From positions 96,001 through 160,000 of the forward strand of contig CAWDYC010000007.1 of assembly GCA_963806535.1 (NCBI GenBank): a stretch of 64,000 nucleotides of DNA. Reading direction: 5' to 3'. Position 1 is the first letter of the stretch; each line of letters opens with the position of its first letter. Both the position numbers and the translations under genes were made by a program. The stretch comes from Candidatus Bathyarchaeota archaeon (lineage in GTDB: Archaea > Thermoproteota > Bathyarchaeia > Bathyarchaeales > Bathycorpusculaceae). A model generated the notes under the pieces. It worked only from the letters and a program-made list of their open reading frames with translations, searched no databases and was not told the origin of the DNA. Positions 47,980 through 57,293 of this stretch are shown here, one piece after another.

Positions 47980-48667
47980 CGTTTAGTTTCCCCACAGCAA
48001 TGTATAATTCTTCAGTTTCTTCATTCTGCCACAGACTTACCATACCATCCTGGGCTAAAAACAAGAGATAAATAAACATCCTTAACGCTTCAATTCGAGT
48101 CGAACCTTTGGTAAGGGTTGAAAAATCGATTATTCCTGATCCTTTTACTTTTTCGCACAACGTCGCATATAGCTGATCAACCTGCATTTCTATTTCAGCG
48201 ACAAATCTGTCAAATTGTGGCAGAAGATCTGTAACTGAGGGAAGCACAGGATGCTGCTCAATAGTATGGTTTAGATGAAGCAATTTTTCGCCTTTTAAAA
48301 CGTCGTCTAGTACTTCTAGAAGATGCTGAATGGTTGTTGAAGTTAATTCGTGTCGAAGCGGCAGGAACAAAGGTGGTGGTACAAAATCCATTGGGCCCTT
48401 AGGGGGCAAAGCAGGCGGCTCTTGCAAAGTAAGCAGGAGTTTAGATTTCATCAGGTAAATTAGAGCTGAAGAATCCAAGGCTACACCTGAAGCGCGGAAA
48501 TCTACATTTTCCGTTCGCTCCATCTCCGACAGAAAAGATCGCAAAAGATAAGCAATGTTAACGCTCCAAGGAGTAAGCTTCTCAAGTTTGCTGATTTCAA
48601 AAAGGATGTTCCAAGGTGGGCGAAGGTAGAAGGGTCTTCTGAGTGGCGCCGTAGGAGATGAGGCCAT
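47951..48667 (-). CDS. scpA: SMC-Scp complex kleisin ScpA
   Basis: PWSVNI, VDFRASGVAL...LMKSKLL, FIYLLFLA..G.V.LWQ; lies between smc and scpB. Confidence 0.88.
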   Translation of the reverse strand: MASSPTAPLRRPFYLRPPWNILFEISKLEKLTPWSVNIAYLLRSFLSEMERTENVDFRASGVALDSSALIYLMKSKLLLTLQEPPALPPKGPMDFVPPPLFLPLRHELTSTTIQHLLEVLDDVLKGEKLLHLNHTIEQHPVLPSVTDLLPQFDRFVAEIEMQVDQLYATLCEKVKGSGIIDFSTLTKGSTRIEALRMFIYLLFLAQDGMVSLWQNEETEELYIAVGKLNVGKAQGTTS

Positions 48668-51600
48668 TTAAGTGGGGGCCTCCGGCGGGAATTTTGCTGT
48701 TACAACATTGGAGACTCCGTTGCGTTCATAGACGCCGTAGACTTTTTGTGCTTTGTTAACCATTTCAGGGCGCAAGCTGATTACAACGAACTGCATTTTT
48801 GCTGCTTCCTCAAGAAGAACTTCAGCAAGTTTTGTCGTGTGGTAGGCATCTAAGTGTGCATCAACCTCGTCGAGAATATAGAAAGATGCTGGGGTGAACT
48901 CTTTTAGTGAGAAAATGAAGCTGACAGCTGATACGGATCGTTCGCCACCGCTTGCCCCGCTAACGACAATTGAGGGTTTGTTTGGAAATTGAACAAGCAT
49001 GTCTATGCCGCCTGAGAAGGGTTCTTCTGGGTTTTCAAGCTTAAGTGTCGCTTCTCCCCCCCCGGTAAGTTTGGAAAAGTAATTTTTGAGGCCGATATTG
49101 ATTTTATCGAAGGCAGTCATGAAAACCTTGCGTTTTTTGGCTTCAATCTCATCCATGAACTGTACAATGGCTTGTTTTTCTCTCTCCAACTCGTTTAATC
49201 GCACCGATAATTCTCTGTACCTAGATATTTGGTCTGAATAGTGTGAAAGCGCAAGTTGGTTTATAGCGCCGATTCTTTCCATTTCAAACTGCATCATACG
49301 GATGGTTGTTTCAGCATCTTCAACCTGTTTCTGATTTGTTTCTAAGGGTTGTTCATAACCGAATTGTCGAAGTTGGAATTGTTGTTGCTGAAGACGTAGT
49401 TGGGTTGTTTCCATATTTAATTGAAGCTGGTTTAGCAACCTCTCTGCCTGTTCATACTCTGAATCAAGCGTCCGCAACTCACCATCAATCGAGTCTATTT
49501 GTGAAGTGAATTTTTTGGATTCTTCACGAGCAGAAAACACCGCTTTTGAAAGTTCAACACGGCTTTTGTCTAGCTCTTCAAGCTCTTTCTTTATGGTCTC
49601 ACGTTCTTGAATTGCCTCAGCAACTTCTTTCTCGATTTTTCTTTGTTGCTGTTCAACCTTAACTATTTGCAATTTGATGTTCCGATAGCCATTTCTCAGA
49701 ACTCGATCAAACTGCGATTGATAAGTTGAAATTTCCGTTTGTGTAGATCCCGACTTCTGACGAAGATTGTTTAATTCTTCACCAAGTTTTTCCCGTTGAA
49801 CTTCAAGCGCTTGAATGTTGACCACATCAGTTTTCAACCTCAAATTAACTATATCAGCACGTAATTTTTGGTCGTCTCTTCGCATTGAATTACGTTCGTT
49901 CTTATACATGCTCATTCGGCCTTTGTAAGCAGCTCCTTCACGCTCAAGTTTGCCGCCCAATTTTTCCGTATGCCGGATGTTGAACTGCGTTCTTTTTACA
50001 CTTCTTCTAATCCTAACTATTTCCCTATCTAAAGTTGCAATTGAATCCGAAAGGCGGGTGATTTCGATTTTGCTTCGCTCAATCTCTTCCTCAATACCAA
50101 CAATATCGGTTCCTCTCGTAGTAAGATGAATCTGGAGCGCTTTAACTGCTTCATCTAAACTTTTTAATGCATTTTCGCTTGGAATAATTGTTGAGAAATC
50201 TATTGGAGCACGATAATAGCCACCTTCAAAAGCGCCTGGCTCATACAAATCGCCATAAGTTGTAACTGCTCGGTAACCATCATTTGCAAGAGCGAAACCC
50301 GTTCTATCATCTGAAACAACTATCGTGTCTCCAAAAACGTAGTTCACCGCCAAAGCAAAGTTGCTATCAAACTTCATGAAGCTTGACAGAGCACCTATAA
50401 CGCCTTCTCGGTTGGGTGTTGGCTTACTTTTTATGTTGATGGCGCCTTGTAAGGGGATTATTTTGATTCTTCCTAGTTTCATTTTCCTAAGGGTCTCGGT
50501 GCATGTAAAGGCTGTATCAGTGGTTGCTACAACTAAAGCATCAAGCCAACCAATTGCCGCCGCTTCCACGGCTTTCTTATAGTTCTTGTCGATTTTTATT
50601 AATTCCCGCAATCTACCGTGAATCCCTACAATTGCGCCGACGTTACCCATTTCCTCAATGCTTCTAAGCGCCTTTTCTTCAGCCGCTATAGTTGCAGCAA
50701 GGTCCCGTTGAGTGGCAAATTCTATAACTGCATCTTTGGCTGAACTGGCTATTTTTTCTGCGTCAGTTATTTCTTTTTCAACTGTTTCTTTCTGGATTTT
50801 TTTGTGTTCGATTATGTGTTCCAAGTTTTTAAACTGGTTTCTTTGGTCTTTTTGAACCTGCTCGAGTTCCGCCAGCGACTTTTCAATTTCACCAAGGCTT
50901 GTTTGGAATTTTTCTTTTCTCACACTTAAGTTTTTGAGTCGACCTGTACAAACTCGAAGAGCTGCTTTATCTTTTGTGTATTCTGAACGTAAATAGGCAA
51001 GACGTTTCACATGGTTTTCAATTTCAGCTTGCTTAACGTGTATTTCTTGGTTATTGTTATCAAGTCCGCCCCAAAGCTCGGCTGTTTGTTTAGCCAACGC
51101 TTCATGCTCTAATCCTTTTTGGTCGATCTGTTCTTTAATTTTGTTATATTCATTGCGGAATACTCTGATTTTTAAGCGGTTTTCCCGTATTTCCTTTCTA
51201 AGGTTTTCCTGTTGGCCAATATTGTTTTCCCTGACACGTTTCAAACTTTCAAAACTGCCTTGGCCAGAATTAATTCTTGTGGACAACTCTGTCAGTTTGG
51301 ATTTTAATTCGCCAATTGTTATTTGAACTTTGAGAACTTCTGATCCGCCTGCTTCCAAGTTTTCGCCGCTGAGTTTTCGCCATTCACCTTCAATTTCATG
51401 GCGTTTTGATCTGCGTGCGTCACGCTGTTCTTTAAGTTTGTCAACTCTGGCTTTTACTTTTTCATTTTGACCAGTTGATTCATTTATTTTACTGTTCAAT
51501 TGGGTTATGTCGCTTGAGATTTTGATGGCTTGGAACTTTTTAGTTTCGCTTTGAATGAAATTGTAACGTAAAAGTTGGTTGCGTTCACGTTCCAAATCAT

Positions 51601-52219
51601 CGAGACGTTTTTGGACTTCATCTATTCTACCCATAGCTGTGCGAATTGAAATGTCAGCTGAACGAAGTTTCTCTTCGGCTTCAGCTTTTTCGGAGTCATA
51701 TTGACCTATACCTACGAGGTCTTCAATGATTCTGCGACGCTCAATAGAGTTAAGATCTGTTAACCTAGTCAAGGTGCCCTGGGGAATAATGTTTTGGCTC
51801 ATACTGCTTATTGAACTCATAGAGAGAGTTTCCGTAATGTATGCCCTTGACATTCTTCTCCCGTTTAGGCGGTAAACGCTTTGGCCATTTCTGAAAACTT
51901 CACGTGAAATAGTAACTGTCGTTGTATCAACAGGCATTGTGCCATCTGTATTATCAAATTGGATTACAACTTTTGCCATTTTGGCTTTTTCTTGCCCTGC
52001 TTTTTCAGAACCGTGAAAAATGAGTTGAGCTGCATTTTCAGCGCGCAATCTTCTTGTGCTCAATTCCCCCAGCGAAAAAAGTACTGCATCCATGATGTTG
52101 GATTTTCCGCTTCCGTTAGGTCCAGTTACTGCGGTGAAGCCTTTGTCAAGGTTTATTTTGACGGTTTGTGGCCCAAAAGACTTGAATCCCTTTAACTCGA
52201 TTTTTTTTATATAGGGCAT
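48668..52219 (-). CDS. smc: Chromosome segregation protein SMC
   Basis: GFKSF, Walker A GPNGSGKSN, coiled coils, hinge, SGGERS, LDEVDAHLD. Confidence 0.96.
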   Translation of the reverse strand: MPYIKKIELKGFKSFGPQTVKINLDKGFTAVTGPNGSGKSNIMDAVLFSLGELSTRRLRAENAAQLIFHGSEKAGQEKAKMAKVVIQFDNTDGTMPVDTTTVTISREVFRNGQSVYRLNGRRMSRAYITETLSMSSISSMSQNIIPQGTLTRLTDLNSIERRRIIEDLVGIGQYDSEKAEAEEKLRSADISIRTAMGRIDEVQKRLDDLERERNQLLRYNFIQSETKKFQAIKISSDITQLNSKINESTGQNEKVKARVDKLKEQRDARRSKRHEIEGEWRKLSGENLEAGGSEVLKVQITIGELKSKLTELSTRINSGQGSFESLKRVRENNIGQQENLRKEIRENRLKIRVFRNEYNKIKEQIDQKGLEHEALAKQTAELWGGLDNNNQEIHVKQAEIENHVKRLAYLRSEYTKDKAALRVCTGRLKNLSVRKEKFQTSLGEIEKSLAELEQVQKDQRNQFKNLEHIIEHKKIQKETVEKEITDAEKIASSAKDAVIEFATQRDLAATIAAEEKALRSIEEMGNVGAIVGIHGRLRELIKIDKNYKKAVEAAAIGWLDALVVATTDTAFTCTETLRKMKLGRIKIIPLQGAINIKSKPTPNREGVIGALSSFMKFDSNFALAVNYVFGDTIVVSDDRTGFALANDGYRAVTTYGDLYEPGAFEGGYYRAPIDFSTIIPSENALKSLDEAVKALQIHLTTRGTDIVGIEEEIERSKIEITRLSDSIATLDREIVRIRRSVKRTQFNIRHTEKLGGKLEREGAAYKGRMSMYKNERNSMRRDDQKLRADIVNLRLKTDVVNIQALEVQREKLGEELNNLRQKSGSTQTEISTYQSQFDRVLRNGYRNIKLQIVKVEQQQRKIEKEVAEAIQERETIKKELEELDKSRVELSKAVFSAREESKKFTSQIDSIDGELRTLDSEYEQAERLLNQLQLNMETTQLRLQQQQFQLRQFGYEQPLETNQKQVEDAETTIRMMQFEMERIGAINQLALSHYSDQISRYRELSVRLNELEREKQAIVQFMDEIEAKKRKVFMTAFDKINIGLKNYFSKLTGGGEATLKLENPEEPFSGGIDMLVQFPNKPSIVVSGASGGERSVSAVSFIFSLKEFTPASFYILDEVDAHLDAYHTTKLAEVLLEEAAKMQFVVISLRPEMVNKAQKVYGVYERNGVSNVVTAKFPPEAPT

Positions 52220-52325
52220 TTAGTCTTTATCCTCACGGAAAACAGTTTATATTATTTTAACATCTCATCACCATACTTATAAAAGCTTATAGATTTGCAC
52301 CTTGGTTTGCAAGATTAATTTTGAA

Positions 52326-52628
52326 TTTGAAGGTTTTTCTTCAATTTTTGGCACTCATGATTTTGAATGGGGTTTAAATTGGGCTTGGATTTGCTAAATC
52401 TTGGAGGCGGCGGCTTTTGGTTTTTGAAGTTGTGAAGAAATCTGACGTGTTTCTGCGTTGTTTTCACGTGTTCCTGCGCATCTTTAACGTGATTTTGCGT
52501 GTTTTGACGTTTGTTTAGATTTTTGAAGAAAAAAATTTCGCTGACAGCCCAGACTTATGCCGGTTGCCTAAAAAACAATGCCTATCCAACAATAGCTATC
52601 TATAAAGTAAACTGTTTAAGACACCACA
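52326..52628. repeat. Dispersed non-coding repeat, copy A, containing a 10.5-bp-phased RCGY array
   Basis: Colinear with 56644..56886: tttgaag.tttttcttcaatttttg, gtgaagaaatc, aaaatttcg.tga, ctaaaaaacaa, and an identical ctgtttaagacaccaca. Confidence 0.75.
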
Positions 52629-52713
52629 AAACAAGTCACACTTGCTAGGCAGCAGTAATTCAGCGGGTAACAACTTGCAATTATTAAAAAATAGCTGAAA
52701 GCTGGAAAATCTA

Positions 52714-52962
52714 TTAAGGCTCAATAGTAAAAAGTGGTTGGGTAGAAGTGTCCTGTTTTTCAAAAGGAATCGATTTAGCAACACGAAGAATACTGCCAAC
52801 AGGACCAGTCGTAACGTAAAGAATTTCAACTTCAGGAAATTGCGTTTCAATTAACTCTGTAATCTTATCAAAATCCTTATTATTCGATTTAAATATGAGC
52901 GCTCTCGGCTTAATCTTTTTTAAACAAACAGTTTCTGAAGCCGAAGAAACTTTCTGCGTCAT
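52714..52962 (-). CDS. Hypothetical protein
   Basis: GGAGG RBS before ATG 52962; globular-looking 82 aa. ORF track starts at 53016. Confidence 0.55.
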   Translation of the reverse strand: MTQKVSSASETVCLKKIKPRALIFKSNNKDFDKITELIETQFPEVEILYVTTGPVGSILRVAKSIPFEKQDTSTQPLFTIEP

Positions 52963-53311
52963 ATCCTCCACTTGGTTGCCTCTTCTAGAAGATAACTCTA
53001 CCTCGGTTCTCTCCATAGCCTTTTAGCCCCCCGACTCCGACCAACAACGACAAGACAAAGACCGCTTGTTAACCCGTCTAATAAATTCTTTTTTTTATTC
53101 TCAGCCAGCATTTTCTTCCCAACTGTCACATTTTCTTCTATTCTATGCGAAGGGTTTGCTGAGGCCCTGGACAAACTTAAGGAAGAAAAACGCAAAATGA
53201 AAGCTCTAACTTTCCGCGTAATTTCAACCAAAGCCTACTCAGCCCCCAATTCTTTCACTCAAATTATTTTAGTCCCAAAAAAAGGAAGGGAAATTTGTTT
53301 TGTTGTTGTGT

Positions 53312-56038
53312 TTATGGTCGTTTTCTAAGCATTAAGATGCCGACGATAGCGATCGCAATGATTATGGCGATTACTCCCACGGCAATATAGGTCATAACGT
53401 CAGTTGGTGTTGCAAAGTTTGATTGAGCTGTAGCAGTTGGTGTAGGAGTCGCTGGAGATGAAATTGCTGCGAAAGAAGTTTCTGCAGATGAAGGCCAATA
53501 ACCGTTAGTGCCAACGAAGTTTGCGACAACAGTGTAATTGCCGGGTATATCGGGTGTCCATGTTAAAGTGTACATGCCGGTTGCATCTGTTGCTGCGGTT
53601 CCAATCTTTCTGAAATTATTGTTAGAGTCTAAGACACTGATTGTCACTGGAACGCCTGTAAAGTTGGTTGGAAGCGGTTGCTGTTGGTAAACATAGCCCA
53701 TCCAATCTTTCATGCTAGCATCTGATGCAACAGGAACACCATTTGGAAAATCAGCTGCCTGCTGAGTCTGCTTGGCACCAGCAGAAATGTCAGTAACTGA
53801 ACCTCTAATGACAACGGAAGTGCCGAAAGCTTGCGCAGCAGTTGTAGTTGCGCTGGGTCCTCTGCCAACAACGTAGATTGAGTTGTCATATCCGTTGAAC
53901 CACGTGTTGTAGCCATCAGCCATAGCGTAGCTCATCTCCCCGAATTCAGCGGTGATGCCTGAAATTTGCCATATCTCCTGACCTGTAGTAGCGTTAATCG
54001 CTGTCTGCTTTGCACCTTTGTAGATCGGCGATGTCCAAGTGTGTGCACTGGTAACTGTGTATATTATTCCGTTGCCAATAGCTTGCAGCTGGGTTGGATA
54101 ATCACCGTAAGGATAGTTCAAACCTGCGTTAGTACTGTTGCCTGTCCCACCATTACCATAAGTCCACAGGAGCGTTCCAGTTAAGTCGTTATAGCAATAT
54201 ACTATTCCGCCGTAAGCACTACTGTAAAGATTGCCATAAGCTACCGCACCGGGTAAAGTGCCCTCCGATGTGCTGCCATAGTAGTCAAGGGCTACTTGAG
54301 GTTTAGCTGTCCACAAATACTTACCTGTAGTCAGGCTGTAGCCTACCCACTGAACAGCTTCCTTGTAGTCCTGCATAAAGACGCCGGTCGTCCAATCGAC
54401 TGGGCCTTGTACTACAGTGTAGTTGTTTGCTGGCGGTTGAAGCGTATTCGACCATAGCACCGAACCGACTGCGCCAATTGATGCATTAAGGTTGACAAAG
54501 AAGTATGTGTAGGGAGCTGAGCTATCCCAATAGTAAAGCTCATTTTCACCGTTTGAAGGCATAGTACCATTTATGCAAAGTATCCCATCGCCGAAGTTAG
54601 CTGCAACAACGACGAATGGTACGGCATTGGTGTTGAGATATGGTACCGAAACGTTCCAGTCATAATCGCTTCCCAAACCTCCATTGATTAGGCCTGTGAA
54701 TGTTGGTGCCTCTGCGGCGACTGGCATAAACAGTAGGGAAGAGTTCCACTCGGCAAGGTTCCAATTTGGATTCGCTGCGGTGCCTAAGTTTGCAAAGACA
54801 TAGTCTAAGTAATTACCGTCTGGCCCCATTGCTCTCGCAGATCCTTGGGTCCATGGCGATGGTGGACTTCCTAACTCAGGAGCGGTGTAAACGGGAACGT
54901 TAGTTATGTTGGACAGCCAGTTTCCTGTGTCTCCATCAAAGAGCATCCAAGTCGAGCCGAATGGCTGAGGTACTTGCGAAACTAGTATTGGTGGATTAAC
55001 TCCGTGCTCGTTTGGGGTGTCAACTGATTGGATATATCCGAAATCTAATGCGGGTACACTAGTGCTACTCCAAATTTGCTGTCCTGTTTGTAGGTTAACG
55101 CAGTCTGTGGGTCCATATTTTCCTCCAGGCTCCCAATAACCGGTAGCAGTGAATCCTATTGGTTCTGTGTAGTAGAGCATTCCATCCAGTATTATCGGAT
55201 TGTTGTATCTAATTATGTACGCAGACCCGTCGAAATAAGTGTCTGCCGTAATGCCAACATCGTTTCCACCAACTACTCCTCCAGATTGAAGCGGCTTAGT
55301 CCACATCACATGACTAGTTTGAGACCCTACAGCATCCCCAGGAAAAATCGCCATGCCAGTAAAAGGTCCGGAAAGAGCATCCCCACCAGTATTCATCCAG
55401 CCGCCATAGTTAGGTGAACCTATACCTAGCCAGTTTGACGCAATCGAGTACCAGCCAGTGTTCTCACCGTAAATTGGGCGCGTCCAATAAGCGGTTGGAA
55501 GCGGAGCCCCAGTTAAAGCGTTAGGTATTTGTGTTGTCTGAACTGTAACCGTTGTTGATGCATTCGAAGGCAGAAAAATGTCGTTTGTGTAAGGGTTAGG
55601 TCCTACAGGTAGGCCAGGTCCGAGAGATATTGGGATCGATTGAGTGTATACTTGTCCTGGGAAAGTGAAGGTTAAATTGTATGTGCCGACTTGGCTGGGA
55701 ACAAAGTCAGTAAACTGCGCTGATGTTGGATTGATATTATTAAAAGTCTGCGTTGTTACTGTGCCATCAGGCGCTTTAAGGGTAAACTCGAAGCCGTTGA
55801 ACGCAAGGTTGTTTGTTACCGCCGAGCCATAATAATAGTTGGTTAGCCACAGGTAAACGGATACTTTCTGACCTTCTCCTACAGGGTTGGGAGAAGCCCA
55901 GATGTAGGCATATGTTGGAAGGTTCCATGGTGGTGTATGTGCACTCGCAGATGGCAATAACATCGTTGAAGCGGACATTGAAACCATTAAGAATATTGCG
56001 ATCGCTATAGTGACTATTTTGTTCTCTAAAATTTGCAT
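53312..56038 (-). CDS. Secreted, membrane-anchored PQQ-like beta-propeller protein
   Basis: Signal peptide, repeated TG..(L/I)W motifs, FPNGVP.ASDASM..WM.YVY.QQP, Ig-like domain, C-terminal TM + RKRP. Confidence 0.85.
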   Translation of the reverse strand: MQILENKIVTIAIAIFLMVSMSASTMLLPSASAHTPPWNLPTYAYIWASPNPVGEGQKVSVYLWLTNYYYGSAVTNNLAFNGFEFTLKAPDGTVTTQTFNNINPTSAQFTDFVPSQVGTYNLTFTFPGQVYTQSIPISLGPGLPVGPNPYTNDIFLPSNASTTVTVQTTQIPNALTGAPLPTAYWTRPIYGENTGWYSIASNWLGIGSPNYGGWMNTGGDALSGPFTGMAIFPGDAVGSQTSHVMWTKPLQSGGVVGGNDVGITADTYFDGSAYIIRYNNPIILDGMLYYTEPIGFTATGYWEPGGKYGPTDCVNLQTGQQIWSSTSVPALDFGYIQSVDTPNEHGVNPPILVSQVPQPFGSTWMLFDGDTGNWLSNITNVPVYTAPELGSPPSPWTQGSARAMGPDGNYLDYVFANLGTAANPNWNLAEWNSSLLFMPVAAEAPTFTGLINGGLGSDYDWNVSVPYLNTNAVPFVVVAANFGDGILCINGTMPSNGENELYYWDSSAPYTYFFVNLNASIGAVGSVLWSNTLQPPANNYTVVQGPVDWTTGVFMQDYKEAVQWVGYSLTTGKYLWTAKPQVALDYYGSTSEGTLPGAVAYGNLYSSAYGGIVYCYNDLTGTLLWTYGNGGTGNSTNAGLNYPYGDYPTQLQAIGNGIIYTVTSAHTWTSPIYKGAKQTAINATTGQEIWQISGITAEFGEMSYAMADGYNTWFNGYDNSIYVVGRGPSATTTAAQAFGTSVVIRGSVTDISAGAKQTQQAADFPNGVPVASDASMKDWMGYVYQQQPLPTNFTGVPVTISVLDSNNNFRKIGTAATDATGMYTLTWTPDIPGNYTVVANFVGTNGYWPSSAETSFAAISSPATPTPTATAQSNFATPTDVMTYIAVGVIAIIIAIAIVGILMLRKRP

Positions 56039-56643
56039 TTTTATTTTCCTCAATTTTAATTTATTGAGCAAGAATTTTTAGTGTTTTGCTCAACAAGAAA
56101 TCTAATCAACCCTTCTTAATATAATTATTCCAAAACAATATAATAGGGAAATTATATTACGTAAAGCAATATAAAATTTTCTGATAAAATTTAAAATAAG
56201 TATGAACTCGTTAATGTTTTAATCTTTTTTGAGGAATCAAATTTGGAAGCGCTTAACGCTAAAAATCTTCCGCACCCTGTAATCGAGCCGTTTTTTAATA
56301 TTTGTTTGTTGACGCTTGCCTGCTCTCCAATCATGATTTGTGTTTGAAAGTTGATTTATAGTATGAGAGAAAAGAACAGAAAAACACAAAAAAGAGGATA
56401 ATTAATGTGGGTGAAATCTCCTGGCTGAGAGTGCAAATCCCTCAGGTCCATTAGAATCTGCGATTTTTATCGAAGCAGAATTAAGTATTTGATTATGCGT
56501 TTTAGATGAAACATTTCCTCTATTTGCAACTCAACAGGATTTTAGCAGGCACTATTATTTCGATCGTTTCAATGTTGGTTTCTATCGTTTGTTTGTTTCT
56601 TCGACGCAGAAGTTCTTCCAAATCTCGAGTTTGAAATTTTGTT

Positions 56644-56973
56644 TTTGAAGATTTTTCTTCAATTTTTGACGCTTAGGATCTTGGAGAGAGTTTGGATTGG
56701 CGAAAACTTGGGGATGGCTGGTTTGTGTTTTTGTTTTTGTGAAGAAATCACGTGTTTTTGCCGTTTGTTTGCGTGGTTTTGGAAAATAAAATTTCGGTGA
56801 TTGCTCATACTTACGTCGATTGTCTAAAAAACAAATGTCTACCCAACAACACTGCTCTTAGAGAGTAAGCTGTTTAAGACACCACATCTTAAACATAATT
56901 CACCTTTTCTTTGTCAATATGGGTTTGCTGAGGTTCTGGACAAACTAAGGAAGAAAAGAAGGTAAAATGAAAG
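56644..56973. repeat. Dispersed non-coding repeat, copy B (internally deleted)
   Basis: Matches 52326..52628, then joins directly to a match of 53127..53203 (gggtttgctgagg..ctggacaaact.aaggaagaaaa). Confidence 0.75.
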
Positions 56974-57293
56974 AAATCATTCTTCACCGCAGCTGAAGCT
57001 ACTTTAATCCAAAATCTTCTCAAACCCAAAAAAGGGAGCGTTGTACGGGAGATGTCGCCAAAAGATTGATGTATAAAAACTTATACATTGCCAGCTGAGT
57101 TTATCAGAATACTATAGAGGTTTGAAATTAGGATTTTGATTTAATGATAACGCCGACAGCCGCGGTTTTGAGTTTAACTGAATTAGAAAAAACAAGACAA
57201 GATAACGATTGCTATACAATTTCCGTAAGCAAATAAAACCGGTGTTTGATTTGTTTCAAAAAATAAAAAAAAGAAGGTTTTGGTAGTTTGTTT

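Noticed and set aside
52445-52510. CRISPR array
   Set aside because: Units are short, degenerate and contiguous with no unique spacers, and no cas genes are present.
56421-56450. Intact tRNA gene
   Set aside because: Only a T-arm-like piece; no D-arm, anticodon arm or 5' acceptor strand.
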